From the IMG/VR virus record IMGVR_UViG_3300021431_000083: DNA of 64,000 nt; one strand, given 5' to 3'. This stretch comes from a virus. Taxonomy: Duplodnaviria; Heunggongvirae; Uroviricota; Caudoviricetes. Below, piece by piece: positions 63,978 to 64,000 of the stretch; positions within the stretch are counted from its first letter, which is position 1; each line of letters opens with the position of its first letter. Position numbers and translations under genes: made by a program. The notes under the pieces are model-generated. The model was not told where the DNA came from. It saw only the letters and a program-made list of their open reading frames with translations, and did not search any database.

Positions 63978-64000
63978 CGCTCGCTGTGGGCCGCAGCGAG
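63978..64000. repeat. Palindrome copy 3 (cut by the window edge)
   Basis: cgctcgctgtgg-g-ccgcagcgag. Confidence 0.8.

Noticed and set aside
62930-64000. CRISPR array
   Set aside because: The palindromes are three non-identical copies about 400-500 bp apart with genes between them; no regular repeat-spacer period
1-64000. Phage release factor, TrpRS or integrase
   Set aside because: No GGQ, HIGH/KMSKS or recombinase motifs recognised in this window; they may lie outside it

Overview
This window is a 64-kb segment of a large, AT-rich, apparently lytic tailed-phage genome; no host genes or integrase are visible. Layout: tail/baseplate-type genes and small genes on the minus strand (1-16.1 kb); a replication and nucleotide-metabolism module on the plus strand (16.4-43.9 kb: type II topoisomerase, ATP ligase, ThyX, Sak4-like ATPase, helicase, primase, RecJ, family C Pol, Gmk, NrdDG, dUTPase, RuvC); lysis, tRNA, tail-tube, head and terminase genes on the minus strand (44-62.6 kb); and a GC-rich region with repeated palindromes (62.9-64 kb). 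The main result is that the phage does not use the standard code. TGA is an in-frame sense codon at conserved Trp positions, which fuses the fragmented ORF track into full genes (for example one 2622-aa ORF and a 557-aa endolysin with 13 TGA). Every gene I call ends in TAA or TAG, and the core replication genes contain no TGA. A single tRNA with anticodon UCA sits in its own sigma70-type unit. It has a Ser/Sec-like long variable arm and an apparent 8/4 acceptor/T-stem fold, which is not what a Trp-inserting suppressor is expected to look like. Other signals: strong genome-wide excess of TGCGG/CCGCA, a candidate phage-specific late promoter, and a covarying palindrome family at the right end. 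All translations and counts were done by eye; no database search was run.
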